Source of the DNA: Amoeboaphelidium protococcarum X5
Taxonomy: Eukaryota > Fungi > Aphelidiomycota
DNA: 64,000 nt
Direction of reading: 5' to 3'
Assembly: GCA_023515725.1 (NCBI GenBank)
Contig: JALDTO010000206.1
Coordinates: forward strand, 578,189-642,188
Below are positions 18,683 through 30,350 of this stretch, in pieces. The notes below the pieces were generated by a model, which saw only the letters and a program-made list of their open reading frames with translations, was not told the origin of the DNA and made no database searches. Both the position numbers and the translations under genes were made by a program. Position 1 is the stretch's first letter, and every line of letters starts with the position of its first letter.

Positions 18683-19430
18683 CTGTCCTCCGGCTGATCA
18701 GCTCACGAACCGTTTGCTGACAAGGTGTCCCCATTCCACCTAGCTTCACCAAAACCAAGTTTGAAGACACAAAACTCATTCAACATATGAAGTAGACTAT
18801 TCGCTACAGACTGCGAGTAGTTAAAGCAACAGAGCTTAATTATTTATTCAAGGAACAACAATGAGGACAAACTCGTCCTCATGTTGATTCAAACACTCGG
18901 TCTGAGGACGAACTTGTCCTCATCCTAATCAGTTCCACCAAAACTTAGTATGATGGCGTAGCATTCATCTGGGATTTAAATTAGAGTATTCGCTATAGAC
19001 TGAAAGTAGTTTGAGCTGTGTATCCCAAAACTGAGAGAGTACAGCGATGAGGACAAGCTGCCCGCGAGTTGATCACCGCGCGGCATAGTTGCGGACTCAC
19101 TTATTCTACTTATCTTCACCAGAACTAAGTTTGACGGCGCAAAAGTGATTTGGACTATGAACTGGACTATTCGCTACATATTGAGTATAGTCTGAACGAG
19201 AGATTTTTATTATTCATTGAACAAGCAGCGATGAGGACGAACTTGTCCTCATGTTGTTTCCATCACAAGTTTTGAGGACGAACTTGTCCTCATTCGACTT
19301 TACTTCACCAAAACTTGGTTATACATCGCTAAAATTTAAGCGACCATGGAATACATCATTCGCCATAGACTGAAAGTGGTTCTAATGCTCTAGCGCAAAA
19401 ATTGATGTTGCTGCGGCGATGAGGACTTTC
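18683..19430. repeat. Tandem array of alternating 189/181-bp units (370-bp dimer) with internal palindromes
   Basis: Unit starts (YTYCACCARAAC) at 18744, 18933, 19114, 19303. ATTCGCYA at constant offset +55 (18799, 18988, 19169, 19358). ATGAGGAC at 18861, 19047, 19231, 19419. Partial unit at 18683-18743. Confidence 0.9.
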
Positions 19431-19517
19431 TTGTGCTTAGCTTAACCTCGAACGAAGATCACTTTTAATGATCATTTTCTTTTAGAAAACCCAAAAGTTT
19501 GCTTGTTCTGTTATAAA

Positions 19518-20000
19518 ATGCCGTGCTGGAAATTTATACTTATAATTGTATCACTTTTGTGCTATATTAATGCTGAAAAGCCTATTCTGTATTGCAAATG
19601 CTTCTGTCAGCAGCCGACTTAGCCAAGTGGATCTCTCAATGAAGATTCCGTACCTAAAAACACACAAAACTCAACTAATGGATATAATCTGAATCCTAAT
19701 ATTCTGATTGTAAATCAATGCTCTGATTGTAATTTGAATTTATGTGTGGAACGCGTATAAGCATGCTCTCCAGGTGGCAATAGCACTACCAATGGAATCT
19801 CGCCGGATCAGCAGTAATAGGCAAAGACCATGAGATAGCCGAAATGCTTCCAAAGAGAGAGCTATAAAGAGAAAGTGTTCATCATAATGTTCATTACTGT
19901 GGTCATTGCAATGCTCATCACCAGTGCCGTATCTCCATTTCTGCCTGCTGGTATGAAGGCTTTCCTTCGACTCGATTCTGATTATCGAACTTTGAATTGA
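19518..20000 (+). CDS. Small Cys-rich type-I membrane protein (fungal YCKCxC...CxDC...CFQR family)
   Basis: 160 aa: signal peptide, LYCKCFC, QCSDCNLNLC, KCFQRESYKEKVFIIMFITVVIAMLI transmembrane segment. Confidence 0.75.
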
Positions 20001-20503
20001 TTTATATCTGAGTGTATAGATGAATGTATGATTACAAGTTTCACATCATCCGTGTCCTATAAGAGTCTTAATCGCGATTTTTGATGTCTTTTGCGCCCAA
20101 TTCAAGGTTGGTTCTAAGTAGATATGCACTACTTATTTACAATGATTTACTTATAGTAGTCTCTATGAGAACTTGACTTGACGCGTCTTTCCCAGTAAGT
20201 TATTTGGCTGGTCAGCCGCCTCTCACCAAAATAACAACTTTTTGCATTAACACACACGATCGCAAGACGAGTTCTCTTTCTTTCGGCTCGCTGCTGTCCT
20301 CTTTCTTTACCGGCCCACCAAAGTCTCTCTGTCCGTCACGTCACGCAGCTTTGTTCTTCTGATCTCTTGCCGCCTTCCCGTTTTCTTATTCTTTCGTTCC
20401 CGCACGGAAAATCTCTCTACTATTCTGAACAAAACTTTTATTAACACGTCTTGTTAATTTATCAGAGTACAGTTTTTATTCTAATATCAATACAATTACA
20501 AGT

Positions 20504-21904
20504 ATGACAACGAGTAACACTAATAAGGAAGCCTTGGAAAGAGCTCCATTCACGTTCTACCTGTCCAATCTGGCATCTGAGGTTGACAAGGATGCGGTAC
20601 AGAGTGCTTTCAGTAAGTTTGGTACTGTGAAGCACGTCTTTGTCAAGTTGCGCGCCTTCTACACGACAAAGAAGGTCAGTGGTGGTGATGGGGATGCTGG
20701 TGCTGATTAGGAGAAGACGAAAAGGGTGAGAGAAAAGTCATTGAAGCCTCAGTTTGCTCTTGTGAAGATGACTGCTCTGAACGATGGTGTCACTAATGAG
20801 TAAGTGGTTGAGAAGTTTAATGGCAAAGCGTTGAATGGCGTGTCGGCACCTGATGCGGTTCTTCTATGCGCAGTATTTGTTGAAAAGGAGAAGCCAGCGA
20901 GAGCTACCGCGGGTGAAGATGGTAAGGATACCACTGGTAACGCTGTGGATGCGGATAAGGAGGCAAATTCAGGTAAGAAAAAGTCGAATAAACGTCGTGT
21001 TAGCAAAAAGAAGAAGTAAGGTCAAGCATCTGAGGCACCTCGTATTGATGATGACTAGGCTTTCAACACTTCTAATGCGGCCGAGGGTGCTAGTGCTGGA
21101 TGGGATGTGTCCGGTGTCTAATCGAACGCCACTGTTGGTTGGGATTCCGTGAATGAAGGTATCGATCTGCAGAATGTCAACTCCCCTCGTAAGGGTAATG
21201 CAAAGGCCAAGAAAGCTTCAGGAAACAAGCCCGCTGGAGATAAACCAAAGTCTGGGGACTAATTATCAAAGGAGAAGTAGCAATCTCAGAGCAGTGCCAA
21301 GAAGACCTTGGATAAGCCCAAGGTGGAGCGTAATACTCCTAGCAAGAATAAGATTCATGTCCGCAACTTGCCATTCTAGACTTCAGAATATGCTTTGAGG
21401 CAGCTTTTTGAAGAGAAGGGATTCGTTGTGTCCAGTGTTAGGATTGCAAGAGATAATAACCGTCGTGGTAGACGTCGAGGAGGCTTGGGTGGAGCTTTGC
21501 CAAAGAGTCGTGGCTATGGCTTCGTGGAACTTGGTGTCAAAGCGTCGCCTGAGGTTGAGGCTGCAGTGGAGTCAGTCTAGGCAGAATAGGCTGCTGAAGG
21601 TGAAGATAAGAAGCCACGCAGATCACAGTAGTAGTACAAGAAGTTTAGCGAGTTGTCAGAAGATGAAGTGAAGCATGTGTAAAGTGAACTGTAGAAAGCA
21701 ATTACTGCTCTCCAGGATTTGGAACTGGATGGCCGCAAGATCTCCGTGTCTGTCTCTATGGAACGCGACCATGATCCATCTCATGATAATCAAGTTGAAG
21801 GTAAGACTGAAGATAGTGGCAATGGCAGTGTTGATGAGTCTGCAAAGAAGCCAAACAGCGAAGATCAAGTGCCTGTGATCAGCGAAAAGAAGACTGGATG
21901 GTGA
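20504..21904 (+). CDS. Two-RRM RNA-binding protein, 466 aa
   Basis: RRM1 FYLSNLASEVDKDAVQSAFSKFG. RRM2 IHVRNLPFQTSEYALRQLF...KSRGYGFVEL...LELDGRKISVS. RGG-like loop insert. Confidence 0.85.
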
Positions 21905-22210
21905 TTTCCTCACTCTATGATACGTACTTGCACAATGGCCGCTTACTAATATCAATCTCAACGAATTATGACTCTATGATTCTTACATACACATACTATA
22001 TTTATAACATTATTTTTTATCATCTTGTTAACAGGAACAGAGGCGAATTGATGAGTGCTTTATCACGCGTTTTGTCGTTTCAGGCTCTGTTTGATCGATC
22101 TTGAATAGACTTTGCGCCTTTCGATAAAGGTGGAGTCATAATGTACCTCAGAATGAATGAATGAGTAACATTTCTTTCATTTGTAATTAATTAAACTTCA
22201 AGTAAAAGGA

Positions 22211-23554
22211 ATGTCGTTAATTAAAATGATAGCGAAGAAGGACAAAAACTTCAAAATTTTCAGATTGGCTATATTCTTGTCTGCAAGCGTGGCGGCGTTA
22301 CTGCTGATGGTGTGTTTCTTTAGTGACCAATTATTACCGGGCGATGATCGTAACGTTAGCATTGTCTCAATACAAAGACACAAAGTTGCTGAAGTCTAGC
22401 GAATTAATAAGCAGTAGAAGCATACATCTGGCAGAAGTCAAGTATCCGTAGATGACGAGGGGAAATACGATTATACGAAACATATGGATGCTAATAGCCA
22501 GCAAGACTTGTTCATCAACAAGGATCTGCACGGCGATCTCGTGTCGTCACAGCGACAAAAGTTGAAAATGAAATCATAGTTGAAACAGGCGGCTGATCGT
22601 ACTCTAATAATGGTGATCACGTCAATGAACACCTTGGATAGATTGTGGCCATTGACGAACACTTATTAGCGGAGACTTCTGGTTCATGATGGAGAGATCG
22701 GCATCCGATACTACTTGCCTCGGCCGAAAGTGACTAAGAATTCAGGTTCTGCTATTGATCTCCTAGAGTCAGCGTTGACTAAAGCTGGTAATCAATGGCA
22801 TGGTAAACATCCGTTTCTTGAGAATATCAAACTGAATAAACCTGATATAGAACACTTTGTCCTTTTATAGAACGTGACTGAGCGCAATAGTCATTTCATA
22901 ACTGAAAAGACGTTTGCCACTTTCAAATAGGCGGCATAAGATTTCGCGTTGTCATTAGTCAATGGGGACCAAGATGCCACTATGATTTCTGATAATAGTA
23001 CGTTGAATAGAAAGGACTGGTTCCTGAAGTGTGATGATGACACTTATATCATTCCATAGAATTTAGTGAAGCTGTATGCTCATTTGGATCCGAATGAAAT
23101 GCATTATATTGGCTATGGGTTGTTTAATCAGAGCTATGCTGCAGGCGGATCCGGCTACATTTTTAGTCGTGGCTTGATCACAAGGATGTATCAGGATGGC
23201 CTCTTTGACAAGTGCTTATAGAAGCAGAGTGAACGCGTAGGAGAAGATGTACTAATGGGGCGTTGTATACGTGATCATTACTAGGTAAGACCTTATTCTG
23301 AGTATTCTCTATGGTCAGCTACTGAAAAGCATAACAGCAATGATGAATCAAGTATAGTTTGGTGGCACCATACGCGGTAGTTGCATGTTCATATGCCTAA
23401 CCAGGTGCGTTACTGGTCCAAATGGGATAAAAATTACAAAGGAATGGTGGATCCAAAGACTCTGGATGTGGGTCCCGTATCATTCCATTATCTGAAGGGA
23501 AATCTCATGTTTGAATACGATTATCTCATGTACGCATTGCTTGATAGTAATTGA
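22211..23554 (+). CDS. GT31 glycosyltransferase (C1GALT1/fringe-like), type II membrane protein
   Basis: N-terminal TM, DWFLKCDDDTY (DxD), YAAGGSGYIFSRG, EDVLMGRC, PVSFHYL. Confidence 0.88.
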
Positions 23555-23702
23555 TTATAAAATTGAATAATGCAGGTAATTTCAATCACATTTTTCTATT
23601 CTCCATTTCAACTATCACAATTACACACACACACACACTCATATTACGACGACAATCTTATAAAATCAGTAACAACTTGGACTAAATCCACACACCAGAC
23701 AC

Positions 23703-26700
23703 TCAAACGTAAAACTTCTTATTGATCAAGAACAACAGCAAGTTCACGTTAACCTTGGCAGCACCGTCGAACAGAGGGATAATCTGCACATTATCAAACT
23801 GATACTGCAGCAAATCTTCCAACTTCAACTCCATCTTGTTTGGCATGGTAATACCAAGGATGGACACTGAGATATTAAAAACACCAGATTCATCAGAGGA
23901 GATGGTCAAAGTAATCTTATCATACTACTTCGGACTGTAGCCATCAACTGCCACCAGTACACCCTTCTTGTATAGGACATCGGCACCGTATTTGTAACTG
24001 CCAAACTGAGGCACCTTGCCGCTCTTCTTCAACTCTTGCACATGATACCATTGAGGACTGAACGGCATCAAGAACTTGCCCTGATTACCACCAGTCTACT
24101 TCTTTCTGTTACCAGTCAGAGCAGCCATACAACTATTGATATAATCCTAATACGACTGTTTCTACTCGTTCAAGTACTCCATCTTATCGTCCAAGTTTTA
24201 AATGGTTCTGTTCAAGCTTCTGATCTCGGTACGTCTCTATTGTCTACGGCGATGCTTATTACGCAAATCTAGTCCAATAGATGTCAAAATCTCCTAGTAG
24301 TTATTCTCTGGAGAGACTCTGGTGATACCAATCTCCTTCTGCTTCTTCACATCAGGCACAATCTTACTCACCTTGTCGTAAATGGCCACAAGTTTCTCCA
24401 AGTTGGATGAAATGGCAGCCTTCAACTGTGGCAGAGTCTCAGGAATCACAACATCCACCTTATTACCACTCAGATGCTAGGTGGATCCCATGTTCTCTGC
24501 CTAATTTTTGGCCAGATGCTCCTTCTCAATCTTGACCAGTTCCTGGTAAATCTTCTAATCACGGGAAGTGACTGGCTTCTACAGCAGCTCTGACAAGTTC
24601 TTACCATTCTGCACTCTGATCAAACTCAGCACAAATCTCTTAGTCTCTAAGAACAGATTCTTGTACTGTGCTGCCTGCTCACCACCGGAGACACCGAGCA
24701 TAGCAGCAGATGCCTCCTCCATATATCTACTGGATAGAGTCAATGAGATTTCATTTCCACGCAAATCATCCATACTACCAGCTGGTGCAGCTTTATCACC
24801 ATCACCGACTGGATTACCATCTTCGTCAGTCTTACGGAAAGTTCCGCTATAGTCCACTGTTACAGAAGACTCATTAGGAGGACCCAGTTCCTTGATCAAT
24901 TGCTTTAAAGGATCATTAGCCTCAACAGAGAATTCATCCATGGTAGTCTCAACCAGAGCATGGGTATTAAATATCTCTTGAGGGGTGATGTAGATAACAG
25001 GCTTGCTGGTCTTGGTCAAATCAGAGAAATCAGACATTTGGAAATGCTCTTCAGCCTCTGCCACATTAATAGCCTCCTTAAAGTAATCACCAAACTTGAC
25101 GGATGCAGTCTTGATGTATGGATTCAGAGAGTTCATGAAGGCATTCTCGTTATCATAAGGTCTGTTGTTAGACACCTGCTATAAGCACTTGGAAATCTCC
25201 GCCAGATTCTTACGCTGCAAAGGACTGACCAACTGTTCAATAACGTCGAAACCTTCAGGAGCCACAATGGCTGGATTCATATAACGATAATACACCAAGT
25301 TACCAATGACACGCAGAATACGCTCCTCCTCTTCACTATTGCTAGGTGGAAACTTGGCAATCAGCTCAGTGTGCAACTTCTTTGCAATAAATCTGATACC
25401 ATACGGCATTCTATCCAAGTTCTTGATGATGGCATCCAGAAACTTGTCAGTATATACCTGCAACTACTTCAAATGCTCTTCAAACACTTTACCAACTTCA
25501 GGATCTTTCAAAGCGTCCTCCTTTGACACGTCATACGGACGCTTACTCTGCTCACCAGTGCGAGACTCTTCCTCTTTGATGGAGGTACGATAAAGCACAA
25601 GAGGATCAGTTTCCAGGTCCAACTTATCATCACCCAGTACATCCTTCACCAGAGGCTGCAGCAAATCACGCAAAAACTGACGCTCCTTAGCACCACGGTA
25701 GTAGTGGACGACAATCTTGATGAACACTGGATTACCACGCAAAAAGTCGGCAACTTCAGTCACGGTGTTCATTTCCTCATGAATAGCCTGCTGGAAGAAC
25801 TTGAGCAGAAGAAACTCTTCACGGCTAGAGTTGGCATAATTGTATAGAGTCAGCAGTACATGGTCCATGAAGCTTCTGATCTTGGTCTACTTTACCAAAA
25901 AGATCATCTTGGCCAAGTACTTTGGCTGAGTCTACAGGATATAGAACAAATTCTGATACAATTCCAATCTTCTACGAGCATCCTTATCCAAAGACTTGAA
26001 ATTGGCAGATGTGAACATCTCCTCCCCGACAATGGAGCTCTTCTCCTTAGCAGCCGCCTCCTTCTCCATCACAGCCTTCTTCTGCGCAGCCTTGTCCATC
26101 TTCATAAACTCATCTAGAGTAATTCTGTTACGGACCAAAAGCGCAATCTTGATATCCAAATCATTCAGATTAGTCTCGGTCTGGTTATTATCACGAATCT
26201 TCTTAATCACTTCCTGCTTCAAATTCTCCAACTCAACTTCCTCCTGGAAATCTTTGTCCTGATCATCCATCAGATGAACAAAGGTGTGAATTGCATTAGC
26301 CGGGATATGCTCCAAATCTTAAAAAGACTGATATGCACGAGAAGTCTGCTTACCCTTATGGTATGCCTGCAACTTGACAACTTTCTTCAAGTTAGCCATC
26401 TCCTTGTAATGATTCAAAGTTGTCAACATTGCTCTTCTAGCAAGGAAACCACGTATCTGAGCCTAGATCTTGACATAATTATCAGCATTCGCAGCGATCT
26501 ACTACTTCTTTTACTGATAAGCCTTACGCTACAAGTAGCCGCGAGCCTGAGCTTACAGCTTTGTCACCTCAGTCTCATGCTCCTTCAAGAACTTCTCACG
26601 CTTTTCCTCCTCAGTCTCCACCACCTCATTCATCTCCTTGGCAAGCGCACCCTCAACATTACCGAACGATGGCATAGCCACACCAGCATCATTCAAATTC

Positions 26701-27317
26701 TTCTCAGTCGCTTCCAGCTCTTCATTGGTAAAGTTTAACTGCCCGACCAGATTCTTGATCTTGGGAGCAATTCCACGCTTGGCCAAAAAATGACTCAAAG
26801 CATGGATACAATAGATCACCTTGGGAATATTCTTCTTGTCATAGACATCGGTAAGCTCAAACATGAACAAATTAGGAAACTTGGCCTTCTTACAAGCCTC
26901 AAAAAAGTAATTGGTATTGTCAGAGTGACGAAACTGCAACTTGGGATCTTCAAAGATCCTCTTCACAGCAGTCGGTTCAAAGAACTTGGCCAGCTTAGCC
27001 AACACAATTCCATTTCTCAGCTTGTTATCCAGATCAGTAATGGCACCAATGTCCTCTCCAATGCATGCCTCAATCCACTCCTTAGCCTCACCCACATGAC
27101 ACAGGTATTCGTATGCTCTAATATTAGCTCTCTCTTCATCGACCCAATTGGCACCTCCCTGCGTATTAGCAGGCTGTTTCTACAAACGCACTCTTCCACC
27201 AAATGCTACACACAAACGTAATATAATAAAAAAACATGATGGTTATACTAATGACCATATAAAACAAATCATACCTCCATGATGTCCCTCATCAGTAGCC
27301 AAATCCGCAGATGACAT
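23703..27317 (-). CDS. IQGAP: IQGAP (CH, IQ, RasGAP-related domain, RGCT; intron 27206-27274)
   Basis: AYEYLCHVGEAKEWIE, LQFRHSDNTNYF, IPKVIYCIHALSH, YYRYMNPAIVAP, C-terminal VNVNLLLFLINKKFYV. Confidence 0.96.
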
Positions 27318-28122
27318 GTTGCAATCAAAATCGAATTATCAATCGGTACTAGTAGGTATTAAATAAGATCAGCGACTGATAAAAAACAAACTATATATAC
27401 TATTATTACCAACGAATAATAATTGTATGTAACTCAACAGACAGATGACAGACAGACAGAGAGATTGATTGTGAGTAAGTCTTGTTTCGTCGCTATAATA
27501 TAGTGGAAAGAAGAAGAAGAAGAAGAGATTGTGATGGCTTTGTTTGTTGCGCCGCCTCCTTGTTGCGACGGTTGTTTGTTTCGTTTGTACAGTCCGCCCA
27601 TCATTCCTTTCGGTGTTACTGCGCGTCAGGGAAATGATCTCACTCACTCACTCATTCATTCAGGGCAATTTTTCTCAAACGACATGAATGTTTCTTTCTC
27701 GTTTGTAAATCCCACTCATTCTTTCGACGCTTATGGGTTCACCTCGGGTCTTTATCGTGAGCGTTAGTGTTGATCTTTCGCTTATCAACCAACCCCTTGA
27801 CAGAAGATTGATAGAGTCAACTGACTATGCCCAGGCGCGCGCGTTTCAGAGCCTAAAATATTAGCACTGGCTTGTCCTGTTGATGATAATATTTTCAATG
27901 AGCGTGAATGCTTTCAGAGTTGTTGCTCATTCTATATCCGCATGTTTATCTAAATTCCGTGTGTCTAATTTTTCCCTTTGTTGATGAAGAAGGCTGATTG
28001 AAATTGTCTGAATCACTTTTACACGGCGCTGCATCATTAAAATCCCTCGAGTCAGAGTATCGTAGTTTGTATATTTCAATAGAAAGGGTGCATTATCTAA
28101 GTTAAAGTTTTCAACCAATATA

Positions 28123-28575
28123 ATGGTGACTGATAATTATGAGACTCAAGTGGTGGTTATCGAGAATCCAAGGAAACGTACGCGACAGTAAACTATCTAC
28201 TGCGCTATAGCGTCCGTTCTACTCTTTCTATCTGTCACGGTGGTTCTTATAGTGCTGAATGTGACGCTATTTGCGTGGTTTTGGTGGTGGCTTATCTTTC
28301 TACCGCTGGTTCTGTTACTCTTAACTCCAGTGGCGTATTATACGGTGAGTAATAGGGATTAAATACAAGCTTAGTAAGTCGCGTTGTAATAGCAGTAGAA
28401 TATGAGGAATTTGGAAGCTGCGGAGATTGAAATGGAACACAGATAGTGCTCAGAATATCTTCCACGTTCAAATGCCTCTCCTCCTCCGCCTGCTGTTCAC
28501 AACAACAGACGTTAATCATTCTTTGAGTCTACCGCAGTTCTTGAGCCTGAAGATTTAGTTTACACCACAAAATGA
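28123..28575 (+). CDS. Hypothetical two-TM membrane protein, 150 aa
   Basis: Table-6 ORF with two hydrophobic segments (IYCAIASVLLFLSVTVVLIVL; FWWWLIFLPLVLLLLTPVAYY) followed by a Gln/Pro-rich tail. Confidence 0.6.
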
Positions 28576-28730
28576 TTTTAAGTTAATGTATTGTTGGATT
28601 AAATTTATTTGCGAGCTGTATTTAAAGTATTTTGAATTCAACTTTAATATTTTTGTGATCGCCGCACGCCTTATTCTTCATAATCAGTAAACGTCACTTA
28701 TCACCACCATCCGTTTAGAGAACAATCAGA

Positions 28731-29870
28731 ATGGCATTGAGATTAGTGTTATTATCTTAAAGAAGACTGATGTCTAGTGTTGGGTACACGGCCGCTAGAC
28801 CAAGAGCGTCTGGCGATGGTATCAGCAAGCGAAATCTACCGGTGAATACTATACTGAAGTTTGTACCGCAGTAGGAGGCATGGATAGTGGAGCGAATGGG
28901 TCGCTTTAACCGTATTTTATCTCCTGGTCCACAGTTGCTTATCCCTATCCTGGATCAAGTAAAGTATGTGGCCAGCTTGAAAGAAATTGCAATATCTATT
29001 CCGTCATAGTCCGCCATCACTTAGGATAACGTATCGCTGGATATTGATGGCGTTCTGTACGTGAAAGTTGATGATCCCTTCAAAGTTGCTTATGGAGTCC
29101 AGGACGCGGAATTTGCAGTCACTGCCCTGGCACAGACCACAATGAGAGCAGAGATTGGTAAAATGTCTTTGGATAAAACGTTGTCGGAGCGATAGGCTTT
29201 GAATACTTCTATAGTTGATGCGATTAGTCAGGCCGCCGCTTCTTGGGGCATCCAGTGTCTGAGATATGAGATTAAAGATATTCACCCACCAGATAATATT
29301 GTACGCGCCATGCACTCCCAAGTGGAAGCGGACAGGGAACGTCGTGCACAGGTTCTCGCCAGTGAAGGTGAGCGACAGGCTGCCATTAATAAAGCTGAGG
29401 GATATAAAAAATCGCTGATTCTGGAGGCTGAGGCCAGAAAGGAGAAGACTGTGCGCGAGGCTGAAGGTTTGGCACAAAGTGTCCTAATCCAAGCCTAAGC
29501 TAAGGCACGTGCTATTGAGGAAATTGCGGGCTCTATCGCCAAGTCTGGATCGGGTGATGAAGGCGATAATAAAGCCGTATCATATATTGTGGCAGAGAAG
29601 TATATCGAAGCATTCGGCCAACTGGCCAAAGAAGGTACTACTGTGCTCATGGGTGCTGGAAAAGGTTCTACCGATTAAACTAGCATCAGCGGTGGCTTGA
29701 ATGGGATTGGAAATATACCAGAGATGACTGCTAGTGCTCTGAGCATATACAATGCTATAAACACCAAGAAGTTGGCTCATGGTGATCATACTAAGACTGG
29801 CACATCTGACGCGGCTGCTCATAGTCAACAGCAAAAGACCAAAGGTGGTCATGAATTTCCTCTCAACTGA
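28731..29870 (+). CDS. STOML2: Stomatin-like protein 2 (SPFH/band 7, mitochondrial)
   Basis: FVPQQEAWIVERMGRF, IPSQSAITQDNV, LAQTTMRAEIG, WGIQCLRYEIKDI, SEGERQAAINKAEG. Confidence 0.95.
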
Positions 29871-30350
29871 TCACGTATTTTTTGCAAATCTAATATTAAA
29901 AATAGTACGGTATTATGCTCTATAAAAGCGTCCATTTCACTTTAAACGGTATTCTTCTATTACCAACTTTGTACTTTTGACATATTAAGTGAAGATATCA
30001 GATTGCTTTAGTATATAACGAACGCGATAGGGATAAGTTTTCAGCAACTTTAAGCGTTAAAGGCCAAAAAGTTCTGAACAGATCTCTCTGCGGACGATGC
30101 GAGAAACATTTATTCTTTGACATGAGGCGAGTTAGAATTCTCATCAAGAAGAAGAAGAATTCGTCATTGAAAATCTCGCAAGTGAAACGTTCTTCCTTTC
30201 CCACGCCTCCATCAAATCAGCTGATTTCATTTATTGTCTTCCATTGTTCCTCTTCTGTGTTTTGTATTAACATTGGTACAGTTTTGAGATATATTTGCAG
30301 CGAAACATAATCTCTATTATTTTGAAAGAATTTAAGGTAATTGTCTGGAT

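Noticed and set aside
18861-19293. CRISPR-like array (palindromic ~22-bp repeats with spacers)
   Set aside because: Only pairs of repeats with ~19-nt spacers that are homologous between pairs, embedded in larger tandem units. No cas genes, and the context is eukaryotic.
18683-19430. tRNA, 5S rRNA or hammerhead ribozyme array
   Set aside because: No GTTCRA T-loop, no 5S internal boxes, and no CTGATGA...GAAA core with the required stems.
23623-23638. (AC)n tract, and similar (TG)n/(GAA)n tracts near 7948 and 27510
   Set aside because: Ordinary short microsatellites in UTR or intergenic DNA.
26274-27221. Long + strand ORFs in the track (154 and 143 aa), and similar ones over other genes
   Set aside because: Antisense shadows of IQGAP and other real genes, with no recognisable motifs.
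27531-28000. Short ORFs in the region upstream of IQGAP
   Set aside because: All + frames close with TGA within ~90 codons and show no motif. Likely promoter/UTR.
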